Origin: a virus
Lineage: Duplodnaviria; Caudoviricetes
Length of the DNA stretch: 54,876 nucleotides
Strand: one strand, 5' to 3'
IMG/VR virus record: IMGVR_UViG_3300035126_000263
Location: 1 to 54,876 of that record
Shown here one piece after another: positions 44,539 to 52,626 of the stretch; position 1 is the stretch's first letter, and every line of letters begins with the position of its first letter. The translations under genes were made by a program, and so were the position numbers. The notes beneath the pieces were generated by a model. That model ran no database searches, was not told the DNA's origin, and saw only the letters and a program-made list of their open reading frames with translations.

Positions 44539-44702
44539 TTCTTGAATGGGATGGATTTGATATTGCTGTCTGGATAAACGGTGGACTTGATTTTTGGAAG
44601 GTCACTTACAGATGCAGCAGCAGCAACATTCCATAGGTGAATATATGCTTCCGGTGGAAGGCAGGTTGATTGTGTAACTGTTTTGTTTGGTGTTAGTTTC
44701 AT
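44535..44702 (-). CDS. Hypothetical protein
   Basis: ATG 44702 after A/C-rich leader. Confidence 0.6.
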   Translation of the reverse strand: MKLTPNKTVTQSTCLPPEAYIHLWNVAAAASVSDLPKIKSTVYPDSNIKSIPFKK

Positions 44703-44736
44703 TGGTTTTGTTTGGTTTGTTGTGGAGGGAAATTTA

Positions 44737-44765
44737 TTGACAAGCGGAAAGGCATAGAATAGAAG
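44737..44765 (+). promoter_or_regulatory. Promoter giving a leaderless transcript
   Basis: TTGACA-17nt-TAGAAG, ATG 7 nt downstream. Confidence 0.5.
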
Positions 44766-44771
44766 GGGCGC

Positions 44772-45335
44772 ATGAAACAAGAATACAATGCGGAAACGCT
44801 CGGAACCCGTCGAAGGAAATGGGATGTTGCGAAGATAGAACAACTATACATGGCAGGCGCGGAGCTTGGTGACATTCTCAAGACTCCTGAGTTTTCCAAG
44901 TTGTCGAAGAACTATCTCAAAAATTTGATGGTGCAAGGGAAATGGATCGCAAAGCGAATCAAACTGCGTGAAGAGGTAGCGAACACGCTTGCGCCAAAGA
45001 TGGAAGATGTAATGCGGAGGGAAACGGAAAACCATTACAACTTCATGCTGACTCAAATTGCGGAGGAGAGAAAGCAAATTGAAATCAGGAACAAATCGGG
45101 GAACATTAAAGACCAGTCCGCTCGCCTCGATGTATTGGCGCAATACGAGAAAATGGCTACCAGAGCGTTGGGATTGGATGAGAATAACCTTCACGACAGG
45201 AAAGGGTTAAACATTAACGCAATGATTTCGCTCCATGTGGAGGGGCCAAAAAAAGCAGTCGATATTGATATTGTTCCCGTGGAATGTTCCAACGCTGTGG
45301 AGGGGGAGTTTGAACCCGTGGAGCGGCAACAATAG
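44772..45335 (+). CDS. Putative terminase small subunit
   Basis: N-terminal HTH (WDVAKIEQLYMAG...GKWIAKR), central helices ending RALGLDE, C-terminal IDIVP tail. Confidence 0.5.
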   Translation: MKQEYNAETLGTRRRKWDVAKIEQLYMAGAELGDILKTPEFSKLSKNYLKNLMVQGKWIAKRIKLREEVANTLAPKMEDVMRRETENHYNFMLTQIAEERKQIEIRNKSGNIKDQSARLDVLAQYEKMATRALGLDENNLHDRKGLNINAMISLHVEGPKKAVDIDIVPVECSNAVEGEFEPVERQQ

Positions 45336-45413
45336 GTTAGTGAAAAGTATGTCATAAAAATCTATTTACAAAAGGCAGAATAGGGATTGACCTATCCTGC
45401 CCTTTGTGGAGGG

Positions 45414-45641
45414 TTATTTCCAGACTGGGCCGAGGCTTTCCAGATAACGATACATGGGCGTGCCGATAGGAATGCGGCGGTGAACACCATCCCGGCGAAT
45501 CCATTCGCAATCGTAGATTTTTCCTTCACCCGTGAACCACGCCGAGCAATGGCCCGTGAAGTAAGGGGATGTGACTTTGTGGAGGGCGAATGACTTTGTG
45601 GGAAATACGCCGCCTTCAAAAGTGACTTTTTGGATTTTCAT
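45414..45641 (-). CDS. Hypothetical early protein
   Basis: 75 aa, ATGA-coupled. Confidence 0.6.
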   Translation of the reverse strand: MKIQKVTFEGGVFPTKSFALHKVTSPYFTGHCSAWFTGEGKIYDCEWIRRDGVHRRIPIGTPMYRYLESLGPVWK

Positions 45642-45901
45642 GCTTCCCCCTTTGCTTTGCGGAGTGTGGAGAGGGCATCAGGAAGCCAAGCGGAAAGGAT
45701 AGGATTTCCTTCATCATTGGCAAGCTGAACCCGTGCAACGGCGGCCTCAAGCAAATCAAGCAAATCGGGAGCGGCTGAAATGAGGCGAGCATTGGCAAGA
45801 TTGCCGCTGTGGAGGGCGCAAATCTCGCTTTTGCCGTGTTTAATCAATCCCCATGTGGAATCATGTTTCCAAGGCCCGGGTGTGTGGAGTGTATTATTCA
45901 T
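45638..45901 (-). CDS. Hypothetical early protein (HTPGPW...ANARLIAAAPDLL family)
   Basis: HTPGPW and ANARLISAAPDLLDLL motifs common in phage early genes; ATG 45901. Confidence 0.75.
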   Translation of the reverse strand: MNNTLHTPGPWKHDSTWGLIKHGKSEICALHSGNLANARLISAAPDLLDLLEAAVARVQLANDEGNPILSAWLPDALSTLRKAKGEA

Positions 45902-46102
45902 TAGTTTGTGTTGTGTTGTGGTTTGTTGTGTTGTGGAGGGAAAAGTGGAAGGGGGTATTTTATCGGAAACGATCATTGCCGCAGGAATGCGCGATAGTGG
46001 AAAGGAAGGTAAAGAGTGCGGAAAGGTAATAAAAACGCGATAGCGGGACGATTAGAGCAAAGCGGGAGAGGTTCGGACTCTTCCCGCATAGTGTGGAGGG
46101 GA

Positions 46103-46339
46103 TTAAAACAAAATGAAGGAATAATTCACTTCACTTTCAACGGGATTGATTTTCTCCCATGTTTTCTTGCCACAAATAAGAGTTTTCGCCTTTTCGTTGA
46201 AAACTACAGTGTGGAGGGAAATAAATCCCCCATTTGAAGCGGGGACTGTTTCGCATTTTTTAACGAATCCCCGCCGATTGCCAACGCGAACGGGCGTGTT
46301 TGGAGAAAGTAAATCGTTTGATCCAATTTTTCTGTTCAT
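46103..46339 (-). CDS. Hypothetical early protein
   Basis: 78 aa, coupled start. Confidence 0.6.
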   Translation of the reverse strand: MNRKIGSNDLLSPNTPVRVGNRRGFVKKCETVPASNGGFISLHTVVFNEKAKTLICGKKTWEKINPVESEVNYSFILF

Positions 46340-46446
46340 AATAAGATAAAAATTAAAGCCGCAATGAGCGTGGAGAGGGTGAGCAAAAGACCGAAAAAGC
46401 GATTCTTTGCGCGATTATATTGAAGAGATGAGTTAAGTTTATTCAT
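46336..46446 (-). CDS. Small membrane protein, not in ORF track
   Basis: MNKLNSSLQYNRAKNRFFGLLLTLSTLIAALIFILL, ATGA overlaps at both ends. Confidence 0.55.
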   Translation of the reverse strand: MNKLNSSLQYNRAKNRFFGLLLTLSTLIAALIFILL

Positions 46447-46571
46447 TGGAAAGATTCTGCTAAGGTTTCAGGGTCAAAGCCACGGCGGGCGCATTCATTG
46501 GCGAATGCTTCCCACGCTGCGGAGGTATTTTCTGAAATATATTTGAAATAAAGTGAACGGATTTTTTTCAT
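46443..46571 (-). CDS. Small hypothetical protein, not in ORF track
   Basis: MKKIRSLYFKYISENTSAAWEAFANECARRGFDPETLAESFQ. Confidence 0.55.
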   Translation of the reverse strand: MKKIRSLYFKYISENTSAAWEAFANECARRGFDPETLAESFQ

Positions 46572-46616
46572 AAGAAGAGAAGAGCGGGAGGGATAGAACT
46601 TCCCGCATTGGTTTAA

Positions 46617-46961
46617 TCAGAATGAGGAAACGATAATCCCGCCTTCGAATTCGATTAGCTGGCCATGGTCTTGGATATATTCGCGGATTTTGTCGTCTGT
46701 CTCTTCATCTTCGCAATCTTCCGCGCCTACCTCTTCGAGCCAATCGCCGGAGAAATAATCCGCCGCCCAAGCTTGGAGCGAATCATATTCCGAGAAGTCG
46801 CAGCGAATAGCGCAAGTGTCTAACTCCATTTCCTCTCCTGTGCTTTCTTCATATTCTTCAAGATATTCAGCAAGGGCAAGCGAACCGTTGTAACTCCATC
46901 GGGCGTTTGTATCGTTTTTGAGTGCATCGGCAATTTGATAGGTGTTTAATGTCATTTTCAT
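46617..46961 (-). CDS. Highly acidic early protein (DNA-mimic/anti-restriction candidate)
   Basis: About 30 D/E versus about 6 K/R in 114 aa. Confidence 0.6.
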   Translation of the reverse strand: MKMTLNTYQIADALKNDTNARWSYNGSLALAEYLEEYEESTGEEMELDTCAIRCDFSEYDSLQAWAADYFSGDWLEEVGAEDCEDEETDDKIREYIQDHGQLIEFEGGIIVSSF

Positions 46962-47007
46962 GTTGTTTGGTTTTTCTTAGGTTTTTAGGTTTTTGTTATG
47001 GGGGAAA

Positions 47008-47286
47008 TTAAAGATTAATCCAGTTCGGGCATTTCCAAGCAATCTCAACAGAGTCTAAAGATGCGCCATGATATTGGATAACATCTTGAATGGGCATTTC
47101 CATATTCAAAGGTTGCCCGGCCCATATTGCAATGGCGTTTCCATCTTCTTGAATGCTGATATAATTTTTGGGCATTTTCGCCATAAGAGCAAATACACGC
47201 TCTTGCTCTGCTTTTGGTGCATCATGTTTTAATTCCATCCACTCGGCTTGAATTGCGTTTAGTTCAGTAGTGTCAAATGTTGTCAT
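47008..47286 (-). CDS. Hypothetical early protein
   Basis: ATG 47286. Confidence 0.65.
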   Translation of the reverse strand: MTTFDTTELNAIQAEWMELKHDAPKAEQERVFALMAKMPKNYISIQEDGNAIAIWAGQPLNMEMPIQDVIQYHGASLDSVEIAWKCPNWINL

Positions 47287-47324
47287 GTTATATATAGAGG
47301 TTGAGTTTTTCGTTATGGGGAGAA

Positions 47325-47525
47325 TTAGGAAAGGCGAATTACTACGCAATCGCCAAACATGGCAGGGAATAAATCTAGCTTCTTGTATGCGCCAGCTTCA
47401 GTATAAGTGAAGATGTCCCATTTGTTGTCTGTCCAGTCGCGCGAGTCGCCATAAGCAGACCCACGATAAAAAAGGCCTTCTGGATTCTGGATTGCATATT
47501 CGCAAGTTATATATGTGTTGTTCAT
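47325..47525 (-). CDS. Hypothetical early protein
   Basis: 66 aa with A/C-rich leader. Confidence 0.65.
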   Translation of the reverse strand: MNNTYITCEYAIQNPEGLFYRGSAYGDSRDWTDNKWDIFTYTEAGAYKKLDLFPAMFGDCVVIRLS

Positions 47526-47624
47526 TTTTGGGTTTGTTCGAGTTGTTGGATTTTTAGTTTTAGCACCGCGATCTGCTTTGCATCCCTGAGAGACGCAAGT
47601 TTGACCCTTAGCGCATAAGTTTGT

Positions 47625-47846
47625 TTAGTCATATAATTCAATGTCGGCGGCAACGCAGGTTTCACAATAGCCGCCTTCATTCAATAAGCGCACAGGATAC
47701 TTAGTGCGGCATTCGGTGCATTTGATTTCAAAGCCGCTGATGCGACGGTCAACGCACATGGCAGCGATTCCGATTGGCAGGATAGCGTCATCGCATTTCA
47801 GGAAACGCTCGCCAGTGGTTTTAGATTTCAATGGTGTTATTGTCAT
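47625..47846 (-). CDS. Small Zn-finger early protein
   Basis: CTEC...CETC. Confidence 0.65.
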   Translation of the reverse strand: MTITPLKSKTTGERFLKCDDAILPIGIAAMCVDRRISGFEIKCTECRTKYPVRLLNEGGYCETCVAADIELYD

Positions 47847-47939
47847 ATAGGGTTTTTTCTAATTATGGCGGCATGATAGCCGCAGGATTTTTCTGCATTG
47901 TTTCGACACTGGCAAAACCAGTGCGAAAAGTTTTTTTTA

Positions 47940-47950
47940 GTCAAAGAGCG
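47940..47950 (-). promoter_or_regulatory. boxA-like antitermination site
   Basis: CGCTCTTTGAC in the early leader, flanked by hairpins. Confidence 0.45.
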
Positions 47951-48008
47951 TTTGTGAAATTACTCGCAGACCTTGAATTGATCAGCATCTGCGAACATCA
48001 CGAGAGAG

Positions 48009-48036
48009 AGAATACAACACAGAGAGAATATGTCAA
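48009..48036 (-). promoter_or_regulatory. Strong early sigma70 promoter
   Basis: A-rich UP element, TTGACA-16nt-TATTCT. Confidence 0.7.
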
Positions 48037-48059
48037 CAGATTTTTATTTATTATTTTTA

Positions 48060-48870
48060 GATAGGGGACAAGCAAGTCTCGTTCCACTCTTCTATCGTTA
48101 TATAGCGATATTTGCCATACTAAGTATGGCAAGAACATCATTAGCATCTTTCATGCCATCGCTCTATCGCTAAACAGCGATACTTGCCATATTGCGTATG
48201 GCATAGCAATCTCCGCAACTTGTTTCCGGTTTTCCATGCCATCACCGAAAATGCGATTGCCTCCAAAAATCCCCAATGCCGATACACCATCCGTTTCATT
48301 CCACGCAATCCTGTGCCAACCTCGCGCAAAGATTATTGCAAGCCGCTTGCATTATGTCATCCTGCTAATGAGACTGGTAGCTTCTGATAATATCAGTATG
48401 AAATAGCGGCGGCCTTTCCAGTCTCAACAATGCCGGACATCACCCGCCAATCATTCCGGCTCATCGCTCATCACTCGACTATGAGCAACGCTGCACGCTG
48501 CACAGCCGAGACTATACTAAGCAGGAACGCGACACTGGCAGGCCGTAGCACGGCGGCGTAAGAAATCTATTTTTCTATAGGACGGCGACCCCATCACCCC
48601 CCTGCCCCACGCACCCCAGCGCGCCAGCTCCCAATGCGGAAACCCCTCTCCCTAGAAAAACCGCTATTTTATGCAATGCGTATCTTTATCCTCTCCCCAT
48701 AAAAACTCCATTTTTTACCTATACGCATCTTTATCTCCCCTATGCTTCGCACCCATGCAGCTACGCTGACCCATGCTAAAGTCTTATGCTTTGCTCTAAT
48801 GTCGTATGCTGATGTCTTATGCGCTGCTCATGTGCAGTTATCGGTTCCGATAATCGTGTGCTAACCATCC
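48060..48870. other. Large non-coding region (candidate genome terminus/packaging region)
   Basis: About 800 bp with no credible ORF; tandem double hairpins, C-tracts, YATGC repeats. Confidence 0.5.
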
Positions 48871-48871
48871 T

Positions 48872-49417
48872 TTAGTTTTCGCAGGAGTAGATAGTCTCTT
48901 GGAGTTTGAGTTTTGGGAGGGTGGGTAGGGTGTAGGAGTTATCTTGGAAGGCTACTTTGTTGGTGGGTTGGATGGTTAGCCTTCCGTTGGCGAGTTCTAT
49001 GAAGATGAATTCCTTATCTTGTTCTGGGCTATCTGACCAGCCATCGTTTAGGTGGGCGGTTGAGAATAGGTAGGTTCCCTTTAGTATGTTTGGGCCTATC
49101 TTGGTTGTTACTGGCATTCCTCTTAGGATTGGGTTTTGGAGTATGGTGAAGTTGTATGAGTAGCAGTCCCAGAGTTGGCTTTCTTCTATCCGCCAGTTTT
49201 CGAGTGCTTTTTCTTTGAATCTGACTGCGTTTGGTGGGATGTTTCTGTAGAGTGCGCCGCCTTCTCTTAGGATGACATTTATTCCCCATGCTCTACTTGG
49301 GATACTTGTTAGTCCTATCCACATAGCTTCTACTGGCCCGATTGGTTTTTCGTGCGTGTATTCGCTATCTATCCAGATGTAGCGGTGAGTTGGGAGTGCG
49401 CCGATTTTTGTATTCAT
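48872..49417 (-). CDS. Hypothetical protein
   Basis: 181-aa ORF; QLWDCYS, QDKEFIFIELANGRLTIQPTNKV. Confidence 0.8.
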   Translation of the reverse strand: MNTKIGALPTHRYIWIDSEYTHEKPIGPVEAMWIGLTSIPSRAWGINVILREGGALYRNIPPNAVRFKEKALENWRIEESQLWDCYSYNFTILQNPILRGMPVTTKIGPNILKGTYLFSTAHLNDGWSDSPEQDKEFIFIELANGRLTIQPTNKVAFQDNSYTLPTLPKLKLQETIYSCEN

Positions 49418-49418
49418 G

Positions 49419-49568
49419 TTATCGGTTACGATAATTGTTAGCTGCCGCCCATCCTTGTCGGAAGGTTACGCAGATTAGTTCTTGGGAGAATAACCAAACG
49501 TTGAAGTCCTCGTATTGGTCTGTTAACCACGGATAGTAATTTAAGAATGCCTTGTGACAGTCTTTCAT
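49419..49568 (-). CDS. Hypothetical protein
   Basis: ATG 49568, coupled. Confidence 0.55.
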   Translation of the reverse strand: MKDCHKAFLNYYPWLTDQYEDFNVWLFSQELICVTFRQGWAAANNYRNR

Positions 49569-49648
49569 TTTCTCGTTGTTGTTTCTACTATGAAGCAGGC
49601 TACTACTATGCTCCATGCTAAGATCATTGCCATTACTTGGTCATTCAT
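49565..49648 (-). CDS. Very small membrane protein, not in ORF track
   Basis: MNDQVMAMILAWSIVVACFIVETTTRK, ATGA overlaps at both ends. Confidence 0.45.
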   Translation of the reverse strand: MNDQVMAMILAWSIVVACFIVETTTRK

Positions 49649-49848
49649 AGTAGTTCTATTTTATCTGCCCATAGCCACATTGAATCATCTTCCCAGTAGC
49701 GTTCATTTGGTTCTACGCGACTCGTTCCCTTTGCATCTGGGTAGTTTTCTTTGATGTATTTTAGCATGGCTTTATGAGTTTTAAATGCAGCTTCTGGTAG
49801 GTCATTGCTGCATCCTTGTAGTCCGCTTGAGAGTATGTAGATTTTCAT
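49645..49848 (-). CDS. Hypothetical protein
   Basis: 67 aa, coupled. Confidence 0.6.
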   Translation of the reverse strand: MKIYILSSGLQGCSNDLPEAAFKTHKAMLKYIKENYPDAKGTSRVEPNERYWEDDSMWLWADKIELL

Positions 49849-50357
49849 ATGCCGAGCAGTTTTTCTCCGTCATAAAAGGTTCCTCGGTATGTTACACGAT
49901 TTCCTTCTTTGACTACGAATACGGATGGTTTAGTTGAGTGATCCCAGTAGGAAGTTTTTGGTTCTCTTTCAAATTGAACTATTGTGACTCCCATTTTTTC
50001 TGCTATCTCTAAGGCTATTGGATCGGATTTGTAGATTTCTTTGTAGATAACTTTTTTTATCTTATAGGCGGCTATGGTCTTTAGGCAGTCTCTACATGGG
50101 AGTAGGGTGGATACCAGTGTCTTTCCTTCGCCCGGACTGGTGTATCTGAGAGCATTCTGCTCTGCGTGGATTACGAACTTTGATCTCTCTTCTCTTGATG
50201 ACCAGTCTTCTTCTACACCTTGAGGGAATCCATTATACCCTACTGAGGCTATGGAGTTGTCTTCTCTGAGGATTACCGCGCCGACTTTATGCCACGGGTC
50301 TTTTGACTTCTTAGCCACTACCTCGGCTATGCTCATTGCATACTCATCCCAACTCAT
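49845..50357 (-). CDS. dCMP deaminase
   Basis: SKDP..KVGAVI, GYNG, HAEQNAL, PCRDC. Confidence 0.92.
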   Translation of the reverse strand: MSWDEYAMSIAEVVAKKSKDPWHKVGAVILREDNSIASVGYNGFPQGVEEDWSSREERSKFVIHAEQNALRYTSPGEGKTLVSTLLPCRDCLKTIAAYKIKKVIYKEIYKSDPIALEIAEKMGVTIVQFEREPKTSYWDHSTKPSVFVVKEGNRVTYRGTFYDGEKLLGI

Positions 50358-50463
50358 ACCTTTCTCTCCTTTATGTGTGCGACAAATTGCGTTTTATCGA
50401 GCGTTTCCCTACTGAGCATTTTTAAAATCCCTACGTATGTGTGCGACATTTTTTCGTCCCAGT

Positions 50464-50670
50464 TCATCTTAATTTTCTCAATACTTCTTTTGCGTAGTCT
50501 GATAGATGTCTCGCGGACAATCCAGAGTGTGCTATGTATACAAGTGCAGCTATTGCTTCTTCTCGTTCACGCTCCAATTGACGTGCGTGTCTCCATATAA
50601 TCGGATGAGATAATCTTGCCGCGCTTCCAAGCTGATCTTCAATATGGTCTGTTTCTGGTGTATCGCTCAT
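50464..50670 (-). CDS. Hypothetical protein (MSDTPETD...LERERxEA type)
   Basis: ATG 50670 coupled to the glycosyltransferase stop. Confidence 0.65.
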   Translation of the reverse strand: MSDTPETDHIEDQLGSAARLSHPIIWRHARQLEREREEAIAALVYIAHSGLSARHLSDYAKEVLRKLR

Positions 50671-51785
50671 GGATAGTATCTGTTCATTGCTTCGATGTCG
50701 TTTCCTTTGGCATACCACCCGTCTCCAGTGTAAACATCCATGACATCTGAGAAATATTTCTCATACATGGGTGCTACCCGCTCCAAGATGAAGTTCTTGC
50801 CGAATCTGTGGCAGTCGTATGGGCAGATTCGGTCTATGTTATTGATCGCATCTACGTAGTCACCCATAGTCCGGCAGCGGAATCCTGTTATCCCGTGCAG
50901 ATTATTCTCGGTAAAACTACCCCAGTCAGAGGTAATTGTTGGAGTGCCAGAGAGTAGGTTTTCTATTTGGACTCCACCGAATGGTTCTACATACTGACTT
51001 GGTAGAAAGGATGCTTTAGCCCTCGACATGAGCCTCTTTCTGGTAGGAACATCGGCGTATCCTACATAGTGAACATGGTCTGGGAGTTTATAACCTTCCT
51101 CTTTTTGGCCTGCGATGACTAGTTTAACCCCTGCTCGGTAGGTAGCTTCAATGGCAATATCTACACCTTTTCCAGAGTATACCCTACCAAGATAAAGAAA
51201 GTAATCTTCTTTCTGGCCACAGAAGTCGAAGTCTTCTTTATCGAAGTAGTTTGGGATTACCACAGCATAGTTATCTTGCTGGCAATTTCCTACTGCCTGC
51301 ATTCCACAGAACGCATGGTAGATTGCGTAGGATTCAAATACTTTCCACCGCGCCCAATGTCCACCTGCATATCCAATACCCGGCTCAACTGTGATTAGGT
51401 CTGGATGCGCGTCACAGATTGGACGAACGCCACTGCCCCAAAATGGGAGAATAAAGTCGTTCTTTTGCTTACGCTGCCCGATTGCCTTAATCGCGTTTCG
51501 GTAGAAGGTTTGGTAGGCATGGTCATTCGTATCAAATTTAAAGAATGTTTTCCTCCAGTCATGTGATCCATAGCTTTTGTTGAAGTCATCGTTGGTTAGG
51601 ACAGGGACGTGTTCTGTGCAGATTAAGTCTGAATCTTCGTGTCCGTAGTGGATTACTTCATGGCCGCGCTGGGTCATCATTTTTGAAAATTTCAAAATTT
51701 TTTGTGTGTAAGCACACGCATTAAATTCTTTACTTGTAACAGTATGCGGAATCCCAAGAGCATGAAATCTAAATTTGTTATTCAT
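50667..51785 (-). CDS. Glycosyltransferase, GT-B fold (GT4-like)
   Basis: YLGRVYSGKGVDIAI, EPFGGVQIENLLSGTPTITSDWG. Confidence 0.88.
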   Translation of the reverse strand: MNNKFRFHALGIPHTVTSKEFNACAYTQKILKFSKMMTQRGHEVIHYGHEDSDLICTEHVPVLTNDDFNKSYGSHDWRKTFFKFDTNDHAYQTFYRNAIKAIGQRKQKNDFILPFWGSGVRPICDAHPDLITVEPGIGYAGGHWARWKVFESYAIYHAFCGMQAVGNCQQDNYAVVIPNYFDKEDFDFCGQKEDYFLYLGRVYSGKGVDIAIEATYRAGVKLVIAGQKEEGYKLPDHVHYVGYADVPTRKRLMSRAKASFLPSQYVEPFGGVQIENLLSGTPTITSDWGSFTENNLHGITGFRCRTMGDYVDAINNIDRICPYDCHRFGKNFILERVAPMYEKYFSDVMDVYTGDGWYAKGNDIEAMNRYYP

Positions 51786-52566
51786 TATTTTTTATGTAGT
51801 AAAATTCATTTGGCTTTGTTTTGATGCGGTATAGTATAGTAGTATGTGAAACGCCATAATAATCAGCTGCTTCTGCTATACTATTAAATATTCCATTTGT
51901 AGTTGATACTGGCTTACAACGAAAAGAACTTGCCTTTTTCATTTTATCACGAGTTTCTTTAGATTTTTTTTTACCTAACATAGAGCGACTAATCTTGTCA
52001 CGTTGTTCATTAGGCATTTTTATCCCTTTTCTGACTTCACTCATTTTAGCACGATGAGAGTCAGAAAATTTCATACCTATTCTAACGGCACTCATTTTTG
52101 CGCGTGTTTCAGCGGTATGTTTTCGCCCAGTTAGTATCTTAATTAACTTTTTACGATTTTCATCAGACATTTTTCTACCAGTAACAGCTATTCTCATTTT
52201 CTCTCGTGTTATGTCTGATACAATGATACCTTTTCTAATTTCAGACGACATTTTCCTACAAAAATCAAAACGTCTTGAGTTAATACGAACCTCTCCTAAT
52301 CTCGACATGGCAACACAAGCTCTCTGCATACGACGATAATTGATATTCTTAATACCATAGCGGTATAAATAAATTTTTGCTAATAACTTATGTGCTAAAA
52401 AATGTTGTCTTCCTGTTAATATTACAGTCCTATTATTACGTCCGAAAATACTAATAGGAAATACATGATGGGATTCAGTGTATTCATTGCTTGAATGAAC
52501 AGCATTTTTTATCAGAGCAATATACCACTGACAATATTTTCGCCAACGATGGTAGTTTGTTTTCAT
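51778..52566 (-). mobile_element. Free-standing HNH homing endonuclease with NUMOD3 repeats
   Basis: ESHHVFP...LTGRQHFLAHKLL; repeated G.KHT.ETR.KMS; C-terminal FNSIAEAA..Y HTH; AT-rich; own promoter. Confidence 0.85.
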
Positions 52567-52597
52567 AATTTCAAAACCATAAAATATGGTTTACTAA

Positions 52598-52626
52598 ATT
52601 TTACTACCTTCTTGGTTTAATGTCAA
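52598..52626 (-). promoter_or_regulatory. Promoter of the homing endonuclease
   Basis: TTGACA-17nt-TAAAAT. Confidence 0.75.

Larger units (their letters stand above)
44721..46218 (+). repeat. Polarised cluster of TGTGGAGGG 9-mers
   Basis: Exact copies at 44721, 45236, 45296, 45405, 45578, 45808, 45932, 46092, 46210; variants at 45665, 45883, 46370. Confidence 0.9.
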
